NCBI GenBank assembly: GCA_001179505.1
Contig: CDMY01000295.1
Location: 466,506-530,505, forward strand
DNA: 64,000 nt
Reading direction: 5' to 3'
Source of the DNA: Vitrella brassicaformis CCMP3155
Taxonomy: Eukaryota; Protista; Chromerida
The notes under the pieces are model-generated. The model saw nothing but the letters and a program-made list of their open reading frames with translations, did not search any database and was not told the DNA's origin. Every line of letters begins with the position of its first letter. Position 1 is the stretch's first letter. Position numbers and translations under genes: made by a program. This document shows, in pieces, positions 26,901-43,388 of the stretch.

Positions 26901-27090
26901 CCTTGAGGGTGCGGTTGGAGGGGATGCTGATGGGGTGGGACGAGAAATCCAACACTTGGGACCGCACATGGCATGACCGATGGCTCAGCAATGTCAGCAA
27001 TACATATGAGATGGAACGAAAAAGAGAGCGGCTGAGCGGATTGATTCTTCTGCTTGCCCTGTCGTCGTCGCCTACAACCACAGCAGCCAT
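23992..27090 (-). CDS. Lung seven-transmembrane receptor / GOST family (TMEM87/GPR107-like)
   Basis: KFCC, GVYMLAFSNC, RNPYGYLPGIEYPKLVFYG, LQNCIGGVILLGFLE and LVLVASLGWGVTRPTL, followed by TM exons and an acidic tail. Confidence 0.85.
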
Positions 27091-27294
27091 GAAATGAATG
27101 AGCAGGAAAACCGTTCGAAGCTCGCCAGTTCCCCTTAGACTGACAGGGTTTCGAACCCTGTCGGTCTTGCTGAAACCGCTGCTGCCCCGATGGGAGATCT
27201 GAGCTGCTGCAGCGCACGTCAAGACCTGCAGGGCCAAGATCTCCACTGATCTGGCGGATTCGATTCAGGTGAGCACCTCTCTCCCCTGATCGGA

Positions 27295-28634
27295 ATGGAG
27301 CAGCTGGACCCCCTCCCGAGGAGCGTCAAGATAGTCGTCCTGGGCGACGCGGCCGTCGGCAAAACAGAGCTGCTGCGCGTCCTCTGCCCCAACGACAACG
27401 GCATCTCCACCAGCAGCGGCCCGCCTTCGCCCTTCGCTGGCAGCCCGGGGGCACTGATGTCAGCCGAGATCAGGCGGCCCGTGGCGTCGTGGACGTGCGG
27501 CTGTCGGGTGAGCGTGCGCATTCATCCGCTGGAGTCTGGCGATGGCCCCGACGGCGGCAAGGGCGGCGTGCCGGTAGAGTTTTGGGATGTGGGCGGCACC
27601 AGGGCATACGCTGGGGCGAGGAATGTCTTCTTTGATGGGCTTGACGGTCAGTCGGGGGCTACCACACACACACACACAGAGGCGGACAGAGGGAGGATGT
27701 GTGGCTGTTTGGTTTGTGTGGTGCAGGTGTGTTGTTGGCGTATGATGTGTCAAACCTCAAGTCGTATCGCAAGCTGAGCCAGTGGCTGATGGAGGTCTGC
27801 CAGAGGGCCGCACCGCCATCACGGGCATTCTGGCACGGCGAAGCCAACAGGGATAAAGTCGCCCCGGATGAGCAGCCAGGCCCCGCTGCTGCCGAAAGGT
27901 CAGTCCATGGAAGGCACACCCAGACACGTGTGTGTGTGTGTGTGTGTGGATTCTTGTCCCTCTCGTCCTTTCCTGTCTGATCCAATCACTGCAGTGATGA
28001 CGGGCCTGACGTGGAGAATCCGACGACAGGTAGGCAACGCACAAGCCTGCCTGTGGACCCATGTATCTCGCGTTGTGTTGATCTGTGTGGCGTGTGGTCG
28101 TCGTCAACCAACTGCATCCAGCTGAGTGTCTGTTGAGCGGCCGGTGTCCGATCCTGATAGTGGCCAACAAGGTGGACCTCCTGACCTCCCACTCACACAC
28201 ACGGCCCCCGCCACAGCTGCCACCACCACCACCACTTGTCGATAGGTACACACGAGTGCCAGACAACCATGCAGCCAGTCGGCAGCAGAAGTGAGTCTGC
28301 CTCTCTCCATTGTGTGCGTGTCTGTGTGTCAGGTTGTTTGGCAGTCAGAGTCTGCACCACTTCATGGACGACCTGTGGCTCGATTACAGCAGAAAGAAGG
28401 TGACTGACGACTGACGCCTCAGCAGCTGGCTCGCGCCATGCAGCAGCTTCCATGGATGTCTGTCGTGTGCAGGGTTACGAGAGCTCTCTTTTGGCGTCGC
28501 GAGTTCTGCAGCTGCTGCGGGAGGCGCCCGAGATGCAGACGGTGAGTAAGGCGGGCGGCCCACTGCCCACATGCCACAGTGTTTGTTTTTCAGAGTGCCC
28601 GTTCTGGGTGGTACGACATGGGCGTGCTGAATGA
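27295..28634 (+). CDS. RABL3: Rab-like GTPase RABL3, copy A
   Basis: VKIVVLGDAAVGKT, WTCGCRVSV, EFWDVGG, GVLLAYDVSNLKSYRKLSQW and PILIVANKVDL. Confidence 0.82.
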
Positions 28635-29117
28635 GTTCCTGCAGAGGGCTCACCGATTCCACCTGGAGAGAGGCTGACCGCAGACACACACACGCCTGTG
28701 ACTAACGAACGGGCGGGAAGGGCAGTGCGTCGTCTGCTTTGGTGCGGTGTCGGAGAGAGGAGGTGGGACGGGGAAGCGGAGGCGTGCAGGCAGAGAGAGA
28801 GACGTCCGTACGGGTGGGTGTGCGTCAGTGTGTCGGTGCATTGATGTACAGATTATGCATCGGCGGGCGAACATGCAGCCAGAGAGAGACAGAGGCTTGT
28901 TGCATTGAATGCTTTGGCAGGCAGCCTCTCGAGATTTCTCAGCGCGTGCTATGGTGGGGTCAAAAGTGCAGGGTTTGTAAACCTTACCCTTGGACCAGGA
29001 GGACGGAGAGATGAGAGAGCTGTCGCGTTCCCGCCATTTGCGTCTGGACCGTCTCAGAGGCTGTGCGTGCAAGATCTCAGCGGCACGAACGCATCTTTTC
29101 TCCTGCCCGAGGACGAC

Positions 29118-30157
29118 ATGTCAGCAGACAGGGAGCCTCGTACGCGTCAGCTGCCCGCTCCCTTTGTGACAGGTCCGCCCGTCGGGGATTCGACGCGAGA
29201 TGAATTGTGGAAAGGTGAGTGCGGCCGGACATCGATGCGGGTGTCTGTCTGTCTGTCTATCTGGCTATTCTTTGTTATGGTTCCCTCATTCAGGTCAGTG
29301 GAGCGATGGCATCTGTGACTGTTTCTCCGACGGACCGTCCTGTATTCTGGGAACGGTGGGGCTCTGCTTGTCGCCCGTCTACGCCTTCCTCAAGGTGAAG
29401 ATATGCAGGGCATGCAGGCACCGAGAGGAGAGGGAGTGCCTTAATCCCATCTTATTCACGGATCTCCCTCTCCTTATCTCTCTCCTTAACATGCGCGTGT
29501 GCAGGCGTGGCCGTTGGCACAGGTGAAGCTGCTGCCGCTCTGGGCTGGCGTCCTGGTCTTCAGCGCCGTCATGCTCACCGGCGGCTTGCTCACGACGATA
29601 TTGGAGCATGTCTACCCCTACTACTGGGTCCATGTCTTGAACACCAACGAGTCCTACCTCAACGACGAGAGCGTCCACCCCGAGGACAGGCCTAGCTCGA
29701 AAATCACGGTGTTCTGGCCGGTCGCGGTAGTCGGCAGCGTTGTCGCCTTCATCGTTTTTCTTGTCTATCGAACCAAACTGAGGAGGTACGCAGGCGGATG
29801 GCCGGCTGCAGTGCTGGGAGGGACCCGATGGATGACTCACTGACACAATACTGGTCTGTCTGTCTGTCTGTCTGTCTGTCTGTAAGATATTACGGCATCG
29901 CAGCAACCGATGGCTGCGGCGACTGCTGCTGCGTCTATTGGTGTATGCCGTGCACCGTCCTGCAGGAATACAGACACGTGCTGAGGGCCCGAGGCTTCAA
30001 GGATGACCTTCCCCCGCCGGCTGTCATGGCTTACCAGCAGAACGGAGTCGCACCGTATGTGATTGGAAGACCGCAACTGCAGCCGCAGACGGGGACTCCA
30101 GACCAATCGACTGGCGACCATGGTGTCCATTATGTGTTTGACACCCGACATAAGTAG
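29118..30157 (+). CDS. PLAC8/CNR-family Cys-rich membrane protein, copy A
   Basis: QWSDGICDCFSD..C..G..C and YYGI..DGCGDCCCVYWCMPCTVLQEYRH, with a TM insert between them. Confidence 0.85.
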
Positions 30158-30565
30158 GTAGATGAGTCGAGGGCCAGTACATCGGTATTGATGAATGGTG
30201 TGCTCGATCGGCTGTGCGTGTCTTTGCAAATTGTGTGGCACGGGCAGCCAGCCAAACAGGCAGGCAGGCAGACAGGCAGGCAGGCAGGCAGAGACTTCTC
30301 GTGCATGGTTTATCGTGGTTGATCAGTGTGTGCAAACGGCACCCAGATGCATTGTGACACGCATTGGTTTTGCGGCTGATTATTTATAGGACCTGTGTGT
30401 GCCCTCTGGGCTGCTTGCGACTTGTATGGCTCTCCGGCTGATTGAGATAGGTGTGCACGTGTAGACTGATGACCTGTTTGTAACGTGCGCTGTTTGTTCC
30501 TCTGTGTCTGTCATGCATTGCACCCATCAATCCACTCACAACTTCACTCTCAGTTCGTCCGTTGA

Positions 30566-31645
30566 TCATTTTGTGTCGTCAGCGACTTGTCTGTCCTGCA
30601 TCTCACGCTCATGCCTCGTTCGATACTCCAACTAACCACACACGCAAAACACACATCCACATGTGTCTGTCTGTCTGAATCTGGCTGACCTGGTTCTCTC
30701 CGACCAACACGATGTCGGCTGCTGCCTTTGCCGGATCCACCTTGGCCCACCTGCACACATCACACGCAGACACACACACTCATCAGCTGCTGTCCTTGTT
30801 GTGTGTCTGTGTGTCTTATGACTCTTCGCGGAGTCGGTTGTGGAGATATTGCAGACGGGCGAGTTGCTGCCAGTCAGTCAACCAACCAATCGACACACAG
30901 ACACACAGACATGGGAATCTCTCTTCGTGTGTCTCCCTTGTATGTGTGTGTGTGTGTGTGTGTGTGTTGCCTTGGAGAGGTATGTTTGGTATGCCAGTTT
31001 GCCCAACGGCGACGACCCGACCGGCTCCTCCTCTGCACACACAGACACATCGATGTGTGTGTGTGTGTGTGTGCGTGTGTTGTTAGTGTGTGGGCTCACT
31101 GAGTTTCTGGATGATCTCCTGCCTGCACTCATCAACCAATCAGTGACACACACAGAGAGAGCCATTCAGTGTGTCCTCGTGTGTGTTGAGTGAGTGAGTG
31201 ACTGACTTTTTGGCGTTTTCGGCTGCGAGTTCCTGAATCTCGTCATGCAGCCGCTCCTTGTGGAACGCTGACCGATCGATTGACCCAATCCAAGCAGACA
31301 GACAGGGAGACAGCCAATGAGTGTTTGTTTGGTTACTTTCGATGTGTGTGGCCATGGGTGTGGGCGGCAGCGTGGCGGCTGCAGGGGCGGCTGGCGTGGG
31401 CTGTGCGGCTGGCGTGGGGCCGAAGAGGGCCGATGTCAGCTGAGGGATCAGCCGGACGTGGGTGCCCTGGCGCAGAGATGATGATGCGGCTCTCTCTGCC
31501 GTCCAACACACACACAGAGAGAGAGAGACACGTGGGTGACTGTCTGTTTGTGTGTGTGTGATTGCTGTGTGCCTGCAGCCTTGGCATTGGTGGCGGCGGC
31601 GAGGCAAAGGAGCACTGTGATCAACGTGGCCGTCGTGACAGACAT
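30566..31645 (-). CDS. Small secreted Pro/Thr/Ala-rich hypothetical protein, copy A
   Basis: Signal peptide MSVTTATLITVLLCLAAATNAKA. About 7 short exons; the structure is conserved with copy B. Confidence 0.6.
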
Positions 31646-31929
31646 CGCCACTCAACTCACTCACTCAGCTGTGATGCGAGGCTGCGATTAATTGATCCGA
31701 TCAGTCACTCAGTCAAATCGGTAATTGACGGCCAGCGAAAAAACGCTCGACGTTTGGTTGTCTGTGTGTTCGTGACTCAGTCCGCCCTACGCACGTACGT
31801 ACGTATACGTATACGTATCGACCGACCCAGCTATTTCCATATATGTCTGTAGGTCTAGGTGCGGCACCACACAACGGCACAAACTCTCCCCCATGGACAT
31901 CAATCCGTCAGATACATCAACGCAACCAT

Positions 31930-32877
31930 TCAGCACAACAGACACTGTCCAACCAGCCACCCACCAGCCCGGCATTGCTCTCAGCAGCCGACTTCAAAAA
32001 GATCAGACAGACAGACATGATCGCCATACATACGGCCACCGCACAACGGCACAGACGCACATGCAGATGATTGGATGAATGAATAGATAAAAAACACCAC
32101 AGCTTAGGAAGATAGAAAACGAGTCCCAAGCAGACCTACCCGCACACCATGGGCGGCTGCTCTTCATGCCCCTCCTCACCCTAATTGTCACCCCCCGCCA
32201 TCGCGTCATCCTCCTCTCCCCCTTCCCCTTCCCCTCCCCCTTCCTCGTCTGCGGCCTCCCCCTGCTGCTGCCCGTTGACATTTGGCGGGAAGGCCACCCG
32301 CTCAAAAACGAATGTGATGAATCCCCCGGTGCGGCGACGGAAGGAGAGCTCAAACTGATCCTCTCCCGTCCGACGCAGCCGCACCGGGACATCCCTTCTG
32401 CCCCACCCGGCGATCCCTTCGACACTTTGCAGATCCTTGTCGCGTACATATGGCTCAGACAGGTGTGCCTTTCCTTCGTACAGGCCCCCTGTCTGGCCCC
32501 CCTCGTCCATCTTCACCACCTCGCAGAAGCAGAGGTTCGCCATGGTCGTCTGCACCTCCACTCTACGCGCCCCCGTCTCGTGATCGACGAAGCAGAGGAC
32601 GTGCAAGGAGTGGGATTCAGGCTGGCCGCCTTCACGCCACACGCCACATAGTGGTTCCTCTGAGATGGCCAGGCGACTCCCGCGGGCCACCGCAGTCACG
32701 CCAAGCACCCGGGGAGTCAGGCCGGGGAAATCCGGCAGGACGGGGACGGGGACGGCGATCACGTCGTCGTCGATGCAGTCTTGGCCGAACGGGACTTCTG
32801 TGAGGTTAGACTCCTCCCAACTGTTCTTGACCCGCCACCTGCACACGACACGCACACACACAGTCAAACACACACAC

Positions 32878-32925
<48 letters not shown>

Positions 32926-33670
32926 TGATGGGTACGTGCATTCAGCCCCTGCGTGTTCGTGCCCACACTTACATCCAGATGCCGTGTTCCGTCTTCCTCC
33001 ACCCATAGAACACCATTGCATGGGTTACGTTGCCATCTCGAAATGCCGTGCCGCCGGAGCGGGAGTCGTACGGCGCTGCTGCCGAGCCAGTGAAGTCAGC
33101 CGCGATTCGGAAACCTGACACATAATGAGGGACATCTCCATCACATGACTCAACGCGCTCAGTGGTCGTTGCTCACTTGTGACTATGACAGGCCCCTCGC
33201 GCACCATCCACCTGATGAGCCAGACAGAAAAGCCAGACGCATCCATCGTGCTATGGTTGCATGCTGCTTATCCATCCATCAGTGTACCTACTTGCAGATT
33301 GCTTTCACCCGCTCGTGCGCCTCCTTGTTCGTACTCGTATCCGAGCTGTACGGGCTTGGTCCCCGTCAGGCACTCCAGCGCATGAGCAGGGTCACCACCA
33401 GATTCAGCAGTCCTGCCGCACAGCCGCAGAAGCCTCTCCTCACTGCACAGATGCGACAGCTCCGGGGGGTCCCACACGTGGCACCCTTCATCTTTCAGGA
33501 GGGCCGAGCACTTGAATGCACATGCCGACGCGTAGATCCAGCACGTATTTCTGTTTTGCTGGTCGAAGGGCTCGTTGATGACGACGTCGAGATGGCCGAG
33601 CGAACGACAGTCAAAGTCTACAATTTTTCGCACAGGGAGGTCCTCGGGAGGCCGTAGGCGTGACATCTTG
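31930..33670. repeat. Segmental duplication block 2, copy A (C1A gene); its inverted copy is at ~46870-48650
   Basis: Homology runs from the ATG context ATGTCACGCCT to 3'-UTR patches (CTGCTGAGA..GCTGGTG..ACAGTGTC(T)GTTGTGCT). Confidence 0.85.
32181..33666 (-). pseudogene. Papain-like (C1A) cysteine protease with C-terminal extension, copy A; possibly disrupted
   Basis: DQQNRNTCW (Q-x5-C-W), GGDPAHA, GPVIV, THAMVFYGW and WRVKNSW. There is an apparent +1 frameshift versus copy B at ~33316-33340 and a GAG>TAG stop at 32183-32181 that removes ~14 residues. Confidence 0.65.
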
Positions 33671-33977
33671 ACGTGATTTGTCGGTCGGTAACGGGCTGTC
33701 GGTAACGGGCTGCCGCCAGGGAAGGAATACGGGCTGATCTTGCAGATGTCCTGTCGTCGGGCTCGCGAAACACATCCGTAGTTATGACTCACAAACCACC
33801 ACAAATAAACCAACAAATGCCAAAAACCACCAACACACTCCTTTGCTGTCTGTCACGACTCATTGTCTCATCCACACACACTGACCAAACACTGGCAGTC
33901 CTCGAGGACTAATGCGCTACCTAACGTGCATCCGAACATCTATGGACGCACATGACACTACACAGACAAGCAGACCA

Positions 33978-36900
33978 TCAGACGTCCCCGCCGGTGATCT
34001 CTATGACCTGTGTCCTGCCTGTCGCGGGCTTGCCCACCACCCGACCGCCACGAAGGTCCTCCCACTTCTTCTGCGGACCCACCGTACGACTCACCTGCAC
34101 ACGCCCCACAGACAGACAGATAGACAGAGAAAAAGACCTTCACACGCACTCATGCGTGGCGTACCCGAGATGGGCGGCCTGCAGTGCAGACAGAGACACA
34201 AACAGTGCAAACACGCTATGAATGAACCAATGCATCTGTGTCCGTGGCTAGTCGTGCTAGCTGCGCACCTCCAGTCGGTGTGATGACCCGCCTCTTCTTC
34301 CACGGGAAGCACACGGCGAGGCAGCAACACAGACGCCAGCAACAGTCCTGCGCACTTGACACGGCCTCGTCAACCACTGCCCGTGTAGTCAGTGCACATG
34401 ACATGCATCATATGCATCACACTCATAAGTGTTCACTTCCCATTGCTTGTGAGTGTTGGGTTGGTTGGTGTGTGGTACTTACTTTTTTCGGTCTCGGCCG
34501 TGTCAGTGGATCCCCCCAGGAAGTCCCCAATGTCCTTCCTGCACTCAGTCAGTCAGTCAGTCAGGCACACCAACCATACTGACATACTACACGGCGATCG
34601 ATGTGTGTATATGACAGAGATTGGCGGCGGGAGTGAGTGGATGCACTTGCCTGTACACCCAGCAGCCGATGCAGCAGCCCTGCACCAGACATATCACCTG
34701 AAACAAACAAACACACAAACAGGGAGGTGCTTCCCTGGTTGAGTGTCTTGGCATCCATGCACTCCTACTCTGAATCTCACTCACCTCAATCATGAACAGG
34801 ATGAGCGCCACCTGCATTTAGACAAACACAACAGAAACACACATCCTTTCGCCTGTCTTTCTGTCTGTCTGTCTGCTTGTGCGTGTATTGCCCCACACAC
34901 CCCATAGAAGTTGGGCGACTGGACGATCAGCGACTGTGTGTCGGTCTCGACCACGGGCACCTCGGCAGCAGTGGTAACCCCCGCCTCGTACCACCGCTGC
35001 ATACACGCACACAGACACGTAGGCACGTGGGCATTGCATCCCTGTCTGTCTGTCTGTCTGTCCGTCTGTCTGTCCGTCTGTCCGTCTGTCCGCCTTTCCG
35101 GGTGTCTGTCTGACCGGTTCAATGTCGGGCAGCTGCTCCCACGTGTCCATCATCTGTGCGGCACGACGACACAGCTTGTCGTCCAAGTCCTCCACATACA
35201 ACTGACCGGTGAGGTTAACACACATCCACACACATGCTGGCGGATGAGTGATGCGTACATGCACCTCCCTCCCTACCGGCACGCTGTGCCACTGCAGCCG
35301 CCTCAGCTCGATTGGCGCGTGGCAGTGGCACGACAGCCACGATGGGAGCGGCTTGCCCAATGCTTCACCGAACCCACCGTCCGTCGGCGCCCCGCCACCC
35401 TCCGCAGACGACTCCCCCTCGGGAACCAGGTCCTTGATCTCCATGACGCACATGGCGATTCGTGAAGGCTTGACCTCGGCTGTCTGGTCCTCCTCGTTGT
35501 GCAGCGATCGCCTGGCCGCCCGCTGCCTCGACGGCAGTCGCTTCTTGAAGCCCAGCCGCGGCGCACCCACGATGTGGAGGATGGCCGACGACCGGTTGGC
35601 CAGCGTCGATGAGGGGAGCTCGAACATCACCTGAGTGGGGAGAGGGACAAGTGTTATTTATGTGTCGTGTTGTGTTGGGGCATGTCTGTAGGCGTGTGTA
35701 CGTACTGATGGCAGGTCGCTCGTGTCGTTGGGCACGAAGATCCTCGTCTCTAACTGAGCCATCCATCCATCCATCCATCCGCAGACAGACATGCCGTGGT
35801 CAAAGGGAACGTTTCTCCCTCCGGCATGCAGTGAGCATGTTGGGTCCCCCAACTCACCCTGTGTCCCGTTTCGTTGAAGACGTGAGCCTCCATGATTGCC
35901 GGGATGTCCCTCGCCCGCTCCACCAGCTGGTCGACAGTCATGTTGGTACCCAGCGACCTCTCGCCCACCGGCACCTTCCCACTCTTTTGCAATTCCAGTG
36001 GGGGGTCGGCGTACTCGCCATTGAAATAGCCGTGGAAGGGCCACGCGCCGTTGGCCGGTCGTTTGTCCATCGCCAGTCGCCTTCTGTCGTGTGTGGAGTT
36101 GTATTTGGTGCCTGCGTAGTGGAGTCGCTGTGCGGTGCGGTTGGGGGTGATGATGTCCTGGGGGGTGATGAGGCCCTCGGATGTGACGGTGCCTGGGGGC
36201 TCCACCACACCTGCATGAGGGGGAAGGGGGACAGATACACATGCCGTGACTCTCATTTGTATGGGTGTACCTGCAAGCATGATGCGGATCTTTGACGAAG
36301 GGAAGCCAGACATCCCACTGGAGAAACAACACGCATCCATAAGCACCCGTGTTGCGGCTGCTCTGTCTGCAGATTCCCCTTACGAGTTGGTCAGCTGCAC
36401 AGTGTACACGCGGCTGCGTGCGAATCGCCCGTAGGCCCGCCGCAGAGTCCAAAAGAGGTTGTAGCGGGCAAACTCCTGCACACACAGGGAGGCAGGGAGA
36501 GAGCATCCATAAAAGGACAAGTGTCTCGAGCGTCATGGCGGCTTTGTGTTTGTCAAATGTCTGACCACGTCTGAGTTGGCAACGAATTCTCGCACCTCCT
36601 TGGGCAGCTCGGGCTTCTCATTCCTGGCAGGCAGAAGGGCACATATATCATTTGGCGTATGCGTCTGTGCTGTGTCCTGTGTGTACCTCCCTCCCCTCCC
36701 CTNNNNNNNNNNNNNNNNNNNNNNNNNNNNNNNNNNNNNNNNNNNNNNNNNNNNNNNNNNNNNNNNNNNNNNNNNNNNNNNNNNNNNNNNNNNNNNNNNN
36801 NNNNNNNNNNNNNNNNNNNNNNNNNNNNNNNNNNNNNNNNNNNNNNNNNNNNNNNNNNNNNNNNNNNNNNNNNNNNNNNNNNNNNNNNNNNNNNNNNNNN

Positions 36901-38636
36901 NNNNNNNNNNNNNNNNNNNNNNNNNNNNNNNNNNNNNNNNNNNNNNNNNNNNNNNNNNNNNNNNNNNNNNNNNNNNNNNNNNNNNNNNNNNNNNNNNNNN
37001 NNCCCCTCCCCTCCCCTCCCTCCGTACCTTGACCTGATTTTCTTTTTCCTGTGCCATCGGTATGACGCCGACAGCTCCACCCCGGACTTGAGCACCACGT
37101 GCATGATCCGGCGGTAGTTGGAACGGTGAGTACCTAAACACACACAAGAAACAACACAACCGACGCGACGTCTGTCCAGTATCGAGTAGCACGTCGGTGC
37201 GTTGATCGATCGCGTGACTGACCCGGTGCTTCCGATTTGGGCGGGTAGAAGCCGCCACTCTCTGGCCCCACCTCTGGCGACTGTGCGATAATGTTCCGCG
37301 CACCCAACATCCAATCGTCAGCTGAGAGGAGGGAAACGCACACGTACAGGTCGACCCGTGTGTTGTCTCCATGCCTTCGTTCTCTCTCGCCCACTCACCC
37401 TCTCCATATGTCTCATACTTGAGGATCGACTTGGGTGCTGACTCGTACACCTCCACATCCAAGACACTGCACACGCCCACACACATCCATACACACGATA
37501 CCTTGGAAATTGCACGCTCTCTTTGTTGACACACCTGCCGAGCTCTTCGTAGATGCCGGCCGCCCAGGCGGGCAGCTCCTCCTTGCCGGACCAGTTCCAT
37601 GGGTGCGTCCAGAAGCCCCCGAAGGTGTGGAAGTTCATGGCACTCTTGAACGAGTGATTCGATGTCAGGTCGCGGATCGCCTGCGTCTCAGGCTCGCTGA
37701 ACGGCGCTTCGCCGGAATACTCCTCGTCACACCTGCCATCATACCAGAGAGAGAGAGAGAGAGAGAATCCATTGCCAGGAGTGTGATGCTCGTGGCTGGC
37801 TGACTTTTTGCTTTCGTCTTGTTGCCACTTCCAGTCGTAGTTTCGGTTGATGTCGACGCCGCCCAGCGCAGGGTCGTTGGAGCAGGTAGGCCGCCGATTC
37901 TTCCGCACCACCCGGGCCTTGTCCGGGTGCTCCTCGATGTACACGTAGCCGTCGGGATTCACAAAGGGGAGCGTGTATATCACACGGTTGTGCAACACAT
38001 ACCTGACAGACACAGACAGACAGAGATGGATGGAAGCGAGAGGTGGGGATCGATCAATCAACGAACATGTGTGTGTGTGTGGATGGATGGATGGATGTTT
38101 CGTTCGCTGACCGTGCGTATCTCTCGCCTCTCATGTAGTTCTGCAGCAGCCTTCCCACATAGTACACGACCGTGGTCAGACTCAGCGGCTCCCTCGCGTG
38201 ATGCTCTCCAGTCAAGAGCACCTCAGGCACACCACCAGCACCCGCATCAGTGGCATTGCTGACACCATCACTCCCTCCGCCTTCTGGGTGGGCGCCCACC
38301 ACCCACACGTGCAGGTCGCGTCCCTCGACTGACTTGCCGATGGAGATGTGTTTGAGGAGCGATGGGTACCACTGGATGAACCTGTCAAACAGCTCCACCA
38401 CTTGTGACCACGACGCGTAGCCCTTGACGGGCCCGCTGCTCAACACATTTTCCCAACCGGCATCGAACGCCGCCGTGTCGGCCGCTGCACTGCCTGATTC
38501 CAACACCACGCATGGACAGATGAGCCGACACCGAAAGCATGTGCTCTTGATCTCTCCTCGGCTGACCTAGCTGGAGCGCGGCCCATGAGAACAGCAGTAC
38601 CAGCAGAGCTGAACGCACCTCTCTCCACGTCACCAT
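33978..38636 (-). CDS. M14 zinc carboxypeptidase (CPT-like) with long C-terminal extension and probable TM anchor
   Basis: Signal peptide MVTWREVRSALLVLLFSWAALQL; motifs GEHHAREP, PFVNPDGY, RKNRRP, GVDINRNY, FSEPETQA and NFHTF. Downstream exons continue across the N gap to a hydrophobic segment and a Cys-rich tail. The 3' half is tentative. Confidence 0.85.
36703..37002. other. Assembly gap (~300 N) flanked by (CCCCT)n microsatellite, within a carboxypeptidase intron
   Basis: Run of N with CCCTC repeats on both sides; the gene orientation is consistent across it. Confidence 0.95.
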
Positions 38637-38912
38637 CGCATGAGCCAGGAGACTGCGACGCGCGCTCTCAGTCCGACTTCATCTTTTCTCGATGCAACGC
38701 CGTATGTAAGATGCAGATCTGCGTACGCGCACGTGTGCACACGCCTTGTCTTCTCGCATTTGGTTTGGAAAGCTCGCAAACTGCGAGATAAGCTCGCTGA
38801 CTCGCCAAGAAAAGGGAGAGGGACCTTCCAGAAAAGTGAGGGCGACCCTCATTGGATGTCCGTGCTGCCTCTGATGCTGCCTCGCTGACGTGATCATTGA
38901 TCTCTGACCATC

Positions 38913-41945
<3,033 letters not shown>

Positions 41946-42242
41946 TTCATTGATCTATGGGAGGGACAGGCAGACAAGGCAGAAGGTTTGTGCCGCTGTG
42001 TGCTGCGCGTACGTATACATGGAAGATCGCTGATCGATACGCATACGCATACGCACGATACGCATACGTATACGTATACGTATACGTCTGCTTGTGCGTA
42101 GAGCGGACTGAGTCACCAACAGACAACCAAACGTCGAGCGTCTTTTCGCTGGCCGTCAATTACCGATTTGACTGACTGACTGATCGGATCCATTCATTGC
42201 AGCCTCGCATCACAGCTGAGTGAGTGAGTGAGTTGAGTGGCG

Positions 42243-43388
42243 ATGTCTGTCACGACGGCCACGTTGATCACAGTGCTCCTTTGCCTCGCCGCCGCCACCA
42301 ATGCCAAGGCTGCAGGCACACAGCATTCACAGACACACAGACAGACAGTCACGTGCGTGTCTCTCTCTCTGTGTGTGTGTGTTGGACGGCAGAGAGAGCC
42401 GCATCATCATCTCTGCGCCAGGGCACCAACGTCCGGCTGATCCCTCAGCTGACATCGGCCCTCTTCGGCCCCACGCCAGCCGCACAGCCCACGCCAGCCG
42501 CCCCTGCAGCCGCCACGCTGCCGCCCACACCCATGGCCACACACATCGAAAGTAACCAAACAAACACTCATTGGCTGTCTCCCTGTCTGTCTGCGATGGA
42601 TGGATGTGTGTGTGTGTGTGTGTGGTTGGATTGGATTGGATTGGGTCAATCGATCGGTCAGCGTTCCACAAGGAGCGGCTGCATGACGAGATTCAGGAAC
42701 TCGCAGCAGAAAACGCCAAAAAGTCAGTCAATCACTCACTCAGCACACACGAGGACACACTGAATGGCTCTCTCTTTCTCTCTGGTGTCACTGATTGGTG
42801 GATGAGTGCAGGCAGGAGATCATCCAGAAACTCAGTGAGCCCACACACTAACAACACCCACACACATCCATCGATGTGTCTGTGTGTGCAGAGGAGGAGC
42901 CGGTCGGGTCGTCGCCGTTGGGCAAACTGGCATACCAAACATTCCTCTCCAAGGCAACACACACACACACACACACACATACAAGGGAGACACACGAAGA
43001 GAGATTCCCACGTCTGTGTGTCTGTGTGTCGATGGGTTGGTTGACTGACTGGCAGCAACTCGCCCGTCTGCAATATCTCCACAACCGACTCCGCGAAGAG
43101 TCATCAGACACACAGTCACACAACAAGAGCAGCAGCTGATGAGCGTGTGTGTCTGTGTGTGTCTGATGTGTGCAGGTGGGCCAAGGTCGATCCGGCAAAG
43201 GCAGCAGCCGACATCGTGTTGGTGGGAGAGAACCAGGTCAGACAGTCAGCCAGACACAGACAGACACACGGTGGATGTGTGCATGATTGTGTGCGCTGTG
43301 TGTGTGTTGTGTGTGTGGTTAGTTGGAGTATCGAACGAGGCATGAGCGTGAGATGCAGGACAGACAAGTCGCTGACGACACACAATGA
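42243..43388 (+). CDS. Small secreted hypothetical protein, copy B
   Basis: Near-identical exons to copy A, including a GC-donor intron after ..FLSK (AAG|GCAACA). Confidence 0.6.

Larger units (their letters stand above)
27180..31900. repeat. Segmental duplication block 1, copy A (RABL3, PLAC8, secreted gene); its inverted copy is at ~41950-46790
   Basis: Exons, introns and spacers align in reverse complement. About 7 differences in ~185 nt of RABL3 exon 1 by eye. Confidence 0.95.

Noticed and set aside
42035-42090. (TATACG/CATACG)n repeat near the block-1 edge (also ~31795-31820) as a recombination site
   Set aside because: It lies inside the duplicated block in both copies, differs only in unit number, and looks like an ordinary microsatellite.
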